Position numbers and translations under genes: made by a program
Notes under the pieces: generated by a model
What the model was told of the DNA's origin: nothing
What the model saw: only the letters and a program-made list of their open reading frames with translations
Databases searched by the model: none
Origin: Cyanidioschyzon merolae
Taxonomy: Eukaryota
Direction: 5' to 3' (one strand)
Length of the DNA: 64,000 bases
Assembly: GCA_000091205.1 (NCBI GenBank)
Contig: AP006501.2
Shown: piece by piece, positions 34,502 to 45,359 of the stretch
How the letters are laid out: each line of letters begins with the position of its first letter
How positions within the stretch are numbered: the first letter of the stretch is position 1

Positions 34502-35761
34502 TCAAGGTGATTCGGGTTCGGGTTCGGATTCGGGTTCCAGTTGCGCAACGATAACGCTCGCATCGTCACCCTTCCCAGGACAAACAAGTCTCGGCATGCG
34601 TTCCGATATGTAAGGATCGCAATTGGTGCAGCTGGAGAAGTTATGTGCGAGTTGTGCCAGTTGATAGCTTAACAACACTGGATCTATGTGGGTAAAGGTG
34701 CCCAAGCAGGTCCGATTCGCCACCGCCAGATTCGAATCATACGCAGAAGAGACCGGACACACCAGCGCGAGAATCTGGCTCTCACTGATATTATCGAAAA
34801 GGCCATCCGTCCCAAATATAACCGTATCGTACGCTCGTAGTCGGAACACGTCGAGGTAAATGGGCACCACATCACCCGTACACGTCTCGATCGTGATGCT
34901 GGTGCGTTGGGTTTCCGGATTCCCCTCGATGCCGTTGAGGCTCGAGAACACAATTGTTTGATCACGAATCACGAGGAACCCGATATTGCCTGTACGCACG
35001 GCATAGAGCAGATTCCCATTGTTTGCGAGACATGCCGCCAGCACCGACACCGAACGCACTGCTTCGGGCGGCCGCATATGCGTCACGGCATCACGGAGAC
35101 AGCTGAGTAGTTCGAAGCGTGGTTGCCAGTTTCGTCCTCGAGCGGTGTCTTGCTCCGATTCAGAAAAAAGCACCTGTTCAATGAACCCGTCTAAGATGTT
35201 GCGCACATGGTACTGCGCCGTGTACATATGCGCCAGTTCTACATCGCGCGTGTCCTTAATCGGTGCGAATGCCGCGCGAACAACACCACGCTCAGTGGCG
35301 TAGAGAACGTGACCGCAGTCCGCAAGGCCCACCGCGCCCTTCCCCTCGCAAACGAAGACCGTGTCCGTCGACCCCGAGAGAAGCAACGCCTCACCAGGAA
35401 ACGTTGTACCTTGTTCCGCACTAGGACGATCGCCGATGATCTGGTACGTTCCACACCGAAAGACGCACCGCTGCTCTGAGACTGCAAGCGGACGCTGCTC
35501 GTTGTGCGGCTCGCTCCGCAACGACAGTTTCGCCACGCCGCACCGCCGCTGTGCCTCGTGTGAGTGCTGACCGCGCAAACACCTCAGTGCAGACGCCGAC
35601 GAGAAGAGGCTTCCGCGATAAACACACGTGTTAATAACGAACTGCAACGGATTATCAGGTTCAACTGGCTGCCGCAACGAGCTTGGGGTTTCTTTGAACA
35701 GAGTGCCGCCTCGTTGCCTGCCGAGCGACCGCATGGCGAAAACGTACCGCCTGCTTGGCAT
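34502..35761 (-). CDS. PP2C-family protein phosphatase, PTC7/PPTC7-like
   Basis: VIFGTDGLFDNISESQILALV (compare PTC7 ..SDGLFDN..). Also GSTDTVFVCEGKGAVGLADCGHVLYA and LLYAVRTGNIGFLVIRD. The N-terminus is Arg-rich and presequence-like. Confidence 0.65.
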   Translation of the reverse strand: MPSRRYVFAMRSLGRQRGGTLFKETPSSLRQPVEPDNPLQFVINTCVYRGSLFSSASALRCLRGQHSHEAQRRCGVAKLSLRSEPHNEQRPLAVSEQRCVFRCGTYQIIGDRPSAEQGTTFPGEALLLSGSTDTVFVCEGKGAVGLADCGHVLYATERGVVRAAFAPIKDTRDVELAHMYTAQYHVRNILDGFIEQVLFSESEQDTARGRNWQPRFELLSCLRDAVTHMRPPEAVRSVSVLAACLANNGNLLYAVRTGNIGFLVIRDQTIVFSSLNGIEGNPETQRTSITIETCTGDVVPIYLDVFRLRAYDTVIFGTDGLFDNISESQILALVCPVSSAYDSNLAVANRTCLGTFTHIDPVLLSYQLAQLAHNFSSCTNCDPYISERMPRLVCPGKGDDASVIVAQLEPESEPEPESP

Positions 35762-35845
35762 AGACAGTGACCGGAAAGCTGCACCGAAAACGCCGTTGTG
35801 CTCTTCTCGAGCCTGTGTTCCGAGACCTGCACGCCGCCTCCAACA

Positions 35846-38553
35846 AACGCCGTTCTAAAGAAAAGGCTGCTGTCACCAGTGGTACAGCAGTGGCGCGCCA
35901 CGCGCCCCCCAGACAAAACGTCTCGAGCAGATGCGCAGATGCCCTTCAGATTTCTTGAACCGGCCACCCAATACTGCTTCCAACTTCTTTTCATATAGTT
36001 CAACTTTGAGAGGTTGTCCAAGAAAATTTTCTCTTGACAGCTGTGGAGGTCGTTTCTCCAGCAGCGCACATTTCCTTATATTGATTGCGGCGTTAAAGTC
36101 ACGATTCACAAACTCCATATGTTTCTTGCCATTGGTAGTTGGACTCACTAGTGCAAGCAATCCACGAACTTTCGCCCTCCTTTTCATTTGCTCTTCCGTC
36201 AGCGGTCCGTACTTTTTTACATCCTCAGGGCTTCGCTGATATTTTTCCATCTCGACCGTCTGAAGTGTGCACCCCAGTTCATGGTGTGTATAGGACGTTC
36301 GGAACTCATCTGCAGGTATCGTAGCGAAGCTCCGTGCGCACTTCTTGTACGTTCTTGTTGTTGGAGCTGGCGTAGTTCCTTTTTTGGGTCCTCCATCGCC
36401 CTGCTCCGTATGCTACTACGAGCCTTTGACTTTCATCCTCCTTCAAGGCGCTCAACTGACTGAAAAAGTTGGCGACTGCAAGCCGCTTCCCACAATACAG
36501 GTTCATAAGCAGACGGGCCCATCGAGGCTTTGTATACTCCTCCCACAGCGCATCCCAATGAGCAACGCGAACTTCCATAAACTCCCGAAAAGCGTTAGAG
36601 TCCGCTCCTCGGGTCGTCACCTCGCTCAAAGCCTCCAGGTGCTCTTTCATTCCTGAATTCCATGTAATGATTTTCTTCCTTGCATTCATTACGCCGGATC
36701 CTCGGTAGTATCTCGCTCTCGAGAACCTCAACAGACGCATGTCTTTCTGACGTGAGTTGCCGTCAGTACCATCTTCCGCGCGCTTGGGAGCAGCGATGGT
36801 TACGATATTCGTAACCCCAGGGTCCGCGCCAACGACAAAGTCGTTATCCTGCACTTTCTGTGTGGCACAATCTGCCTCCTTCTCATCTTCATGCTTCGTC
36901 ACGGACACTATCGAAGACGGAACTGGACGATCCGCCTTCAAGCGCCGATAGTGAACACACATGGCTACTCCATCGGTTTCGATCACCCCTGTGAATACCT
37001 TTTGTTTGCTCACTTTCAGACTTGTGAAATCGAAGATATTCTTCCAGTACGTGTCCCGGTTTTCACCGGTACTCTCCTTCCTGCTGACATTAAACTCGGG
37101 GCTGAACTCCTTCATGATGCCGTAAAGGATTCTGGAATCGATAGTCACAAAATGTGACTCGATGTTGGACAACGGAACGACGTTGAAGCGCTTACCCAGA
37201 AGCGCAGCCTTTCGTCTCCCCCACTCTTCATTTTTTCCTCACTCAGCTTCATCTCTGCCTTGCGTTCGAGCTCACGGTCCAGAAACACAAAGTAACGCAG
37301 GACGTGGCGGTAGTATCTTTCGTTATCTTTTTTCAACTCTGATATGTTTGCTGCTCGGTTCGCCAACCCCAGTACCGCACGATGCTCTTGTATAGCCGCT
37401 CGGATGACGGAATCCTCATTCATGCTCCTGAGTGATTTCTTCTCGTCGATGAATTCAATCTCATCTTCATGCTTGCGATCGTTCGTGTTGCCATTGATAA
37501 TCGCCCATATCCCCTGGCGAATGAGACCGGGTAGAGTGCAAAGATGGAGCGTATCATGAAGTTCTTGAGGTTCATTGTTAAATGGTTCTTTAGACTGGTG
37601 AGGTAGTTCATCGCTCCGTAGGTGTAAATATTCGAATCCCCCCCTGTATCGAGTACCGTCGAAGCGGAACTCGGCGTAAATTTTGTGGAGGGCATGAACT
37701 CGCTCATTTCACCTAGACGTTTCACCGGTGCCAAGCATCCGGTGATGAAAAACGGTTTTGTTGAGAAAATCTTCCAGAATATGGACTGTTTTGATGTCCG
37801 TAACGTCATGATACCATTTTCTTAGGAAATCCACCATTCCTTGAGAAGCGTCACGAACACCGCTGGAGTTCGGCTCGACACGGTTCCAGATTGCCTCTCG
37901 AACGTTTTCCCTGTACGGATCCTTGGTATGTTGAAGAAGACAGGCTTTCACCGCCATCTCGTCGTACCGTCATCTTTTGCGTAGCCTTTGACGTAGGGCC
38001 TCCCGCTTTTACTTCTTCTTCTTATCCTGTTCCTTTGCACTTGGCACTGTTCTTCATTTTTTCGGGCTGCCGGCGACATTGGCGCCCAGGATCCTCCACT
38101 TCCCCTCCCGTAACTTTCCTTTTTCAATATAAAAAACCGAAACAACTTTGGATGGTACAGCTATTACGCATAAAAAAGCACTTGAATACATTAGTGTGAA
38201 GGTTGAAACACGATTGAGGACAAACAATGGGCTTTTCTACGACTTGAAATCGTTAAAATTTGTACGATAGAGCTACATGCTTCATTTTTCCGATGGAAAA
38301 ACACTTACATTGACAATGGATCCCAGATTGTGCTATAAATGGGTATCGGATTTGGCGAAAGCATCCATCATGCTGCATTCTAACTCCAGATTCCATTACG
38401 TATACTTCCTTTCAGATGTACTACTCGTCTCGTGCTTCCTGTCATTCGCCGGGTGCATGCGTTGATGCACCCGCCTTAGCGTCTAATCCGCTGATGCCGA
38501 TGCATAACAGAGACAGGACAGCGTTGCCGTACTACTGAGGGCGTCGGATCGAG
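35846..38553 (-). mobile_element. Fanzor/TnpB-like element copy 3 (pseudogene with frameshifts), head-to-head with copy 4
   Basis: ORFs 37709..37957, 37420..37809, 37145..37423, 36306..37172 ([16 protein letters not shown]; HWDALWEEYTKPRWARL) and 35873..36250 (MEKYQRSPEDVKKYGPLTEEQ...FVNRDFNAAINIRKCALLE). The left end (reverse complement) at 38553 is homologous to the solo left-end repeats (cctcgatccgacgccctcagtagtacggcaacgc). The right-end motif (reverse complement) ttagaacggcgttt lies at ~35846-35860. Confidence 0.7.
35873..37957 (-). pseudogene. Fanzor1-like RuvC nuclease pseudogene (copy 3)
   Basis: Colinear with copies 2 and 4. At least 3 frameshifts. Confidence 0.6.
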
Positions 38554-38682
38554 GAATGCTCCACCTGACACAGAGTCGGAGTATAGGATCATTCTGGGAG
38601 CCAGCAAGCTCCGCAGACAGACACACTGCCTGCGATAGCGTGAAGCTATATACCAGGACTCCACCGCGACCAGATCGACGCC

Positions 38683-41476
38683 CAGATGCAGTTTAACTGC
38701 CGCTAGTACCAGAATAAACAGTGCTGCAGACGAATTGCTCAGATTTCTATGCAGCACCCGCCACTGGGTGGCGAGCACGAAGCACGTGCCTGGGGTACTC
38801 GTCTGGCTCGCGGGTTTTTCCGTCGAGAAATTCAACTTTCGACAAAACGGGAACCGTGTTTCCTTTTTATCGTTTATCGTGCAGGGAAGATAAATTGGTA
38901 TATCGTTGCTAGTTAATGGTTAGTCTCTGTTCTTTGCTCTGTATGCTGCGGTCGGTTAGCGCGCCGGGGAGATCAGGTCGTACGAGACAAGACGCACGTG
39001 TCGCCGTTGAAAGGAAACGCGAAATTGTGAAAATCCGTTTTCTTATTGTTCTACCGTACAAGTTGTATTTGCGTTAAAGTCGTAACAAAGTAAAGTTGTT
39101 TCATGCAATTGTGTTTCAAACCTCAAGTAAGTGTATACAAATGATGTTTGGCAATTCAGATCAGAAGCGTCGAAAGAACCTTCTTCTTCTTCAAAAATAA
39201 AAAAGGTTATGGAAAAGAAACTGGAGGATCCTGGACATCTGGTGTCGTCGACTGCCGGAGACTGACGAAAAACATGGCGGAGCTAAAAGGAACATGAGAA
39301 GACGATGGAGCAAAAGAGGAAGGCCCGAGGTCAGAAGCTGAACGAACCACGACAGTACGACAAGATGGTGGTGAAAACCTGTCTTCTCGCACATATCAAG
39401 GATCCGTCCCGGCGAAGGCTGCGAGAGGCCATCAGAAACCGTATCGAGTCATACTCCATGAGTGTTATGATGGCTTCTGCAGGTATAATGCATTTGGTGA
39501 AGGAGATGCGCGACGACGTAACGGGCATCAAAACAGTCGAGGTTCTGGAAGAATTTTTCGGCAAAACCTTTATTCGTCACCTGATGCTTGGTACAGGGGA
39601 AACGTCGAGGAGAAATGAGCGGGTGCATGCCCTCTGCCAAAAATACTCCTTCTACAGCTCCAACGGTACTCGAGACAGGGGTGACTCGCATATTTACACC
39701 GTCGGGTTATGAAGCACCTCACGAACCTGAAGAACTATTTGACCATGAGCCTGGAACGTTTCATGATACGCGCCGTCTGTACGCGCTACCCGGGCCCCTC
39801 TCGCGAAGGGATATGGACCATCATCGACGGCATCACAAACGATAGTAAGAATGAGCAGGAGATCGAATTTGTTCACGGGAAGACATCACGCAGGAGAGCA
39901 AATGAGGATTCTGGAATCCGTGCAGCTATTAAAGAGCATCGTGTGGTCTTGGGGCTGGCGAGTCCAGCAGAAAAGATATCCGAGTTGAAAAAAGATTCGG
40001 AAAGATACGATCGCCTCATCTTGCGCTATACCATATTCCTGAACCGACAACTGAAATGCAAGACCGATATGGAGCAGGGTGTTGAAGCAAATGCAGTGTC
40101 GGAGAAACGGAAAGCTGCGCTTCTGGAGAAGCGCGTCAACGTCGTTCCGTTGTGCAACATCAAGTCACATTTTGTGAGTATCGACTCCGAAATCCCTTAC
40201 GGCATCATTACGGAGATCTGTCCAGTGTTCGATGTAAGCAACAAGCAGTTCACCGATGAAAACCAGGAGACGTACTGGAAGAAGAATATCTTCGATTCCA
40301 AACGTCTCAGAACGAGCAAGAAAAAGGAATTCACTGGGATGATCGAAAGTGATGCGATAGCCATGCGTGTACATTATCGGCGCTTGAAGGCGGATCGTCC
40401 AGTTCTGTCTTCGTTGCCGTCGCTGGCAAAGCGTGAAGAAAACAAAGAGGCTAGCCCAACGACGCAGGAGGTGCATGAGAACCACTTTGTCGTTGGCGCG
40501 GGCCCTGGGAACACGAATATCAGGACCATCACAACACGCAATTGCGGGGATGATGGCATCGACGACAACCTACGTCAAAAAACACATGCGTGTTTTAAAG
40601 CTTTCAAGAACGAGATATTACCGAGAATTCGGTGTGATGAATGCAAAGAAGAAAAGTGGGGCGTGGAACGCAGGATTGAAAGAGCACCTGGAAGCGATCA
40701 GCCAGGTGACGGGCCGGGGAGCGGACTTTCACGCTTTTCGGGAGTTTATGGAAGTTCGTGTTGCTCATTGCGAGGCGCTGTAGGAGGAGTATACAAAGCC
40801 CCGGTGGGCTCGGTTGCGTATGAATCTACACGGTGGGAGCCAGCGTGCGTTCGCGAGTTTTTTCAATGAATTGAACGTCTTGAAGGAGAGCGACAGTCAG
40901 AGGCTCGTACTAGCGTATGGAGCAGGGCGATGGAAGACCCGAAAAGGGTGTACACGAGCTCCAACTACAAGAACGCACAAGGAGTGTGCAAGGCGTTTCG
41001 TTACGATACCTGTAGATGAGTTACGAACGTCGTATACACACCATGAACTGGGTTGTACGCATCATAGAGTGGAGATGGAAAAGTACCAGTGAAGCCCTGA
41101 GGATGTAAAAAAGTACGGAGCGTTGACGGAGGAACAAATGGAAAGCAGGGCGAAAGCTCGTGGACTACTCGCATTACTGTGTACAAACAAAGATGGCAAG
41201 AAACGTATGGAGTTTGTGAATCGTGACTTTAACGCCGCTATCAATATAAGGAGATGTGCGGTGGTGGAAAGAAGACCTCCAGAGTGGACACGATAGAACT
41301 TTGTTGCGCAATCATTCAAACTGGAACTGTATGAGAAAAAGTTGGAGGCAGTAGTAGGTGGCCTGTCCAAAAAGGCTGGGAGGCGTCTGCACGTCAGCCG
41401 AAGACGATTTATCTAGCGCGGGTTTCTCGCCACTACTGTACACGGCCGCCGGCGACGTTCGTCTTTTAGGGCGTTC
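38683..41476 (+). mobile_element. Fanzor/TnpB-like element copy 4 (pseudogene; the RuvC-I Asp is replaced by Gly)
   Basis: Left end ccagatcgacgccc at ~38683. ORFs 39305..39712, 39709..40869 ([16 protein letters not shown]) and 40814..41092 (VDELRTSYTHHELGC), then FVNRDFNAAINIRRCAVVE. Right end cgtcttttagggcgtt at ~41465-41476. Confidence 0.7.
39365..41290 (+). pseudogene. Fanzor1-like RuvC nuclease pseudogene (copy 4)
   Basis: Starts MVVKTCLLAHIKDP. Frameshifts near 39712 and 40780. D>G at RuvC-I. Confidence 0.6.
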
Positions 41477-41763
41477 CTTGTGTCGGCGATACCACGGACC
41501 AGCAGCAGGCGACCGCGCCCATCGCCCGAAAGAAGCAACCGGTTTCGCGAGCTGGACGCAGTACGGCGCTCTGCCCTGTGCGCCTTTTGTGGCTTTCAGG
41601 TACGCGGTCTACCGCTCCGGACACTGCTCCAACAGTCTGGCCGGTCCTTGATTACGACAAGTAGCGCTGAAAGCAAGCCTTTCGTGCACGGAAACTGAAC
41701 GCGAGTCGGAGCACTGTTCGTCACACAAGTGCTGGGTTATCCGTTCTCGTCCCTATCATAGAC

Positions 41764-42165
41764 GTGTGTGTGTGGGCGTGCGGGTGGCTCCGCTTTGCTC
41801 CTCGAGATTTTCCCTTCCGTGAAACGGGGACGTGTCTGCAGGATTATGTGACGTACGCGAGTTTGATCGGAAGACAGTTACTGTCAGGAAAGCGCTGGCT
41901 GGAGCTGCCCGCAAGACGACTGGTCGCAGGAGGTGTTTTCGTGGTAAGCGTCACCCTCGCCGGCATCACGCTTTACCACGGGTGGTATTCCAACACACAA
42001 AGCATTCAAGACGATCATGTCCGGAATGGCTCTGTGGAGACGTGCGACTGCGCCCCGCTATGGAGATGCATGCAAGCGTTCGGTAGCGAGCACGCACCAG
42101 AGTGCGCAGCGGAACGAAGCAGCCTCCTGCGCTGCATGGCGCACAGCAAGCCTTCTACATCATAA
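41764..42165 (+). CDS. Small predicted membrane protein with a Cys-rich C-terminal tail (one TM helix; CxC...C-x11-C...C-x9-C)
   Basis: 133-aa ORF. TM segment LVAGGVFVVSVTLAGITLY. Tail CDCAPLWRCMQAFGSEHAPECAAERSSLLRC. Confidence 0.3.
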   Translation: MCVWACGWLRFAPRDFPFRETGTCLQDYVTYASLIGRQLLSGKRWLELPARRLVAGGVFVVSVTLAGITLYHGWYSNTQSIQDDHVRNGSVETCDCAPLWRCMQAFGSEHAPECAAERSSLLRCMAHSKPSTS

Positions 42166-42217
42166 ACATGAAGGGGCACCATTGGCGGCCTTTATGTGAC
42201 TGTGCAAAGAAGTGACA

Positions 42218-42853
42218 TCATGAAACTTGCTCATGGAGAATTTGGTCAACCATCCAGTACAAACGCGGACGGCGTGGTGCACGTGGAGCGCCTGGCAACG
42301 CTCGGCGGCTGAGGCAAAACCTGAAAACGGCAACGTCGTCCACGCTCGAGAGAACCTGGATACGGCAGTGGTAGAGGTATGGGGTGACTCGCATTGAGCT
42401 AAGCACGCATCGACTCTTGTGACGGAGCAGCGCGGAATACGGCCTCGCCATCATGATGCGCTTAAAGCGTTCAAACTGACCCAAATCAATGCGCTTTCCG
42501 AAGAACTCATTCTTGATCGACCAGACGTCAAAGTTCGCAAAGGCATACAACGCTTCAATACCCTCATCACACTCCTGCGCGGTGGTGAGTGCCTGTCGAC
42601 GCGAGAGACCTTCCAGTAAGTGCTCCACAGTTTGTTCAGCGGAAAGCTGTGCATAAAGCGCAACGGTATCACGCCAGCGAAGCGAGTCGCCCCCGGCCGG
42701 TCGAGGTGCACACGCGTCGAGCTTGGCGGGACCTGCACCCCGGCGCGCGTTTGCGAGGCGAAGCCGTTCACAGCGCGTTACCCGCACTGCTTTGGCTGGG
42801 TAACGCAAATAATTCAGACCCAAAGAAGGACTAGAAGCAAGTGATACCAGCAT
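42218..42853 (-). CDS. Hypothetical protein (211 aa)
   Basis: ORF with host-like codon bias. No family recognised. Confidence 0.35.
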   Translation of the reverse strand: MLVSLASSPSLGLNYLRYPAKAVRVTRCERLRLANARRGAGPAKLDACAPRPAGGDSLRWRDTVALYAQLSAEQTVEHLLEGLSRRQALTTAQECDEGIEALYAFANFDVWSIKNEFFGKRIDLGQFERFKRIMMARPYSALLRHKSRCVLSSMRVTPYLYHCRIQVLSSVDDVAVFRFCLSRRALPGAPRAPRRPRLYWMVDQILHEQVS

Positions 42854-43427
42854 TGATGGCGGTTCACGCCTCCAACAGGCACCCTTTTGGAGTCGACCTC
42901 AGTGCAGCAGCGTAGCGGTACCTGGGGGGGAGAATTCGCTGCACCCCACACAGGATTCCGTTGCGCGAGCTGTGCACGCACTTTGGCGAGCATTCGCGCT
43001 ACCTCGATGGCCAGCGCGCGCAACCGAAAGCGCAGCAGCGCCTCTGGCACGAATGGCGCCACCAAACTGCCTTCCGCAGCTTGCATGGTGGATGGTGTCG
43101 GATTGTCCAGGTTATGCGCTTATGCTAATGTGCGCGACGCGCATCGGCATCAAGGGTACCTTCTGGGCGCAAGGTCCAGCGAATCGGATACGCATACGGG
43201 GCCAGTGCGCTTTCTGCGCCTACCCACTGTGGTGGGTGTCAAGCACAAACCCGCATTGCCAACCGACAACAGCGCATTCCATGCATGATCACGAAGGAGA
43301 GCGGCGGCTCCCAGCATTCATCCTAACAGCCAAGTTTCTCCAGCGTGTCGTTCAGCAAAGGCAAGCCTGCATCCGCAGACTGTCCGAGCACATACCGACG
43401 ACGAGACCCGATTCTACGTCGGGTGAA

Positions 43428-43745
43428 GCACGCCTCAAGCCGACGCCCTCTCGGGTATAGAAAAGCTGTTCTAGCTCTATGAACTATCTGCTCTAGCATT
43501 TAAGGTCCAAAGGCGGATACGGAACGGCAGGCACTAGGCACACCCGATGGGACGTATGAAACGGCCGGAATATCCGAGAAGAGGTATCGGTAATGTAACT
43601 TGGAGGTTCGGGGGTTTGATGGACACCTTACCGCCCACTGAAAAAAACCACAAAAAAAGTAAGAAACAAATGCGCTTAATCGGAGAACGCTGGCCGAAGT
43701 AAACGTGTTGTCAGTGAAAAAAATCCGAACGTGCTGCTGTGGTGG
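43428..43745 (+). repeat. Solo left-end fragment (~320 bp) of the Fanzor-like element family (repeat A)
   Basis: ~80% identical to 50483-50812. Also homologous to the left-end regions of copy 3 (reverse complement at 38553 and below), copy 4 (38683+) and copy 2 (5459+). Begins CCTCAAGCCGACGCCCT. Confidence 0.75.
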
Positions 43746-44049
43746 CATATAGATACCTAATGATATATTTATCAATATTTATAGTACTATAGATTCATGA
43801 TGGTGCGTAAATGGAGAGGTGCATACCGTTTCGGATTGCGTGCGCGCAACTGCGCCAGCGCAGGCGGAAGAAAACGTGCGCCTGTGCGGACGCTGTCCGT
43901 TGAAGAGCAAAGGCTGGGTGTGCGGACTTGCGTATGCGCGTGTGGTATCACGAGCGTCAGACTCGAGCGCTCGTGTGACGCCAAACGTCAGCCGATGGAC
44001 TTGCAGTGAACGATAGCTGTTTGTTGGGGTTGCATACACCTCCGATGGT

Positions 44050-44475
44050 ATGGACAGTGCACCGTTGGTGCCGGTACTGAGCTCCATGGCGGCGATTCAA
44101 CAAGCACTGGCTGAGGAAACCGAGCGTCTGGTTGCCCTGCGCTTTAGCAGCGATCCAGCAGCCGTAGATTGTGTCTTCATGGACGAATTCCTGGCAAGAT
44201 CAGCAGCGCGCGTGCGGCGGTTCGCAGTGGTGTACGATGTGGACTTGCGGCAGGTTCCGCAGGCTGCGCGGCGCTTCGGCGTTGAGGCGTGGCGACCCCT
44301 GTCGCTCCAGTTCTATTATCGAAAGCGCCTCATCAAGGTGGACTGTGGTACTGGAGACACGGCGCGTCTGACCCGTCCGGTGCCGAGCGTGCAGCAGGTG
44401 GTGGACCTCTTCGAAGTCGTCTATCGACAGGCGTTGCGCGGAAAGGGTCTCGCGATGGCGCCGTTCCGACTCTAG
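44050..44475 (+). CDS. Divergent Dim1/TXNL4-family thioredoxin-like protein (U5 snRNP 15 kDa-like)
   Basis: Colinear with Dim1: VALRFSSDPAAVDCVFMDEFL...RFAVVYDVDLRQVP...LQFYYRKRLIKVDCGTGDTARL...VDLFEVVYRQALRGKGLAMAP. Compare VVIRFGHDWDPTCMKMDEVL..NFAVIYLVDITEVP..FFFRNKHIMIDLGTGNNNKI..VYRGARKGRGLVVSP. Confidence 0.6.
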   Translation: MDSAPLVPVLSSMAAIQQALAEETERLVALRFSSDPAAVDCVFMDEFLARSAARVRRFAVVYDVDLRQVPQAARRFGVEAWRPLSLQFYYRKRLIKVDCGTGDTARLTRPVPSVQQVVDLFEVVYRQALRGKGLAMAPFRL

Positions 44476-45359
44476 CGCGGACTGTGGACGTATGCTGGCG
44501 GCCTCGGAGGTGTAGGATGCAAAACGTCAGCCCCGCAGCTTCAATGCATGGCGGGATTCGCTCGTGCGTCATTCGTGCAGCATTCCATATGCTTTGATGG
44601 CTGCTGCGAACGTCGACTCATGCTATGAAGCTCCCGAGATCGTAAGAATGCCAGGTCCAGGGCGCTGCATCGCCCAAGTGGACCGCAGTTGCCACTCACG
44701 AGGGAGCGTGCGTCGACCACGTATACCGAAGCGCGCGAACGCAGAAAGCTCCCCGTCTGTGGAACAGCTGGAGCCACAAGGGTGGACACGGCAGCGCGAG
44801 CCGCACCTGGCCACGAAATGTTCATGAGTGCACGGGTACGGCTCGCTGGGGAACGCCCGCTCACCGGTCTCGCGGCAACTGACATACTGCGCAAGGCGTC
44901 GTAATCACTGGCCAGTGCCTAGACGTATGTATGCATGGATACATGTGCGCGTACGTGCGCTCAAGCGTCGCTCACGCAGTCTCCTGGATACATTCGACAC
45001 CAGTCTGAGACCAAGAAAAGGCGTCATCGACTATATCAACGGGAACGATGTGCGGTACACTGCACGCAGACGGCACAGCGTGCTACCACATCGCCGTAGT
45101 GCGCGCTCAGAATGAAACCTTCGGATGCTGCGTCAAATTTTGGTGTCTGGATTTACCCCGGATACTTCAAATGCTTTGTCAGGTGCGCCTGCTTCCTATT
45201 TGTCGCACGTATCCACATTCGAGACTCGTTTCCTATTCATACTGAGAACAGCGTGCTTCTTGTCCTACCATGCATCAATCGGCAGTGTAGATGCGCGTGC
45301 ACCTTCCTCGGCTTCCGTTCGGGCTCGGAGCCCGTCAGCGGCACTCATGCAGGGTAGCG

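Noticed and set aside
43500-43775. Minus-strand ORFs 43500..43775 and 50428..50772, and the plus-strand ORF 38277..38465, sharing the peptide ...SDILVVSHVLS..PSAC.SVSAF..
   Set aside because: The similarity comes from the ~320-bp solo left-end repeat. The frames are short, differ in length between copies, and cross the repeat boundaries. Treated as non-coding repeat.
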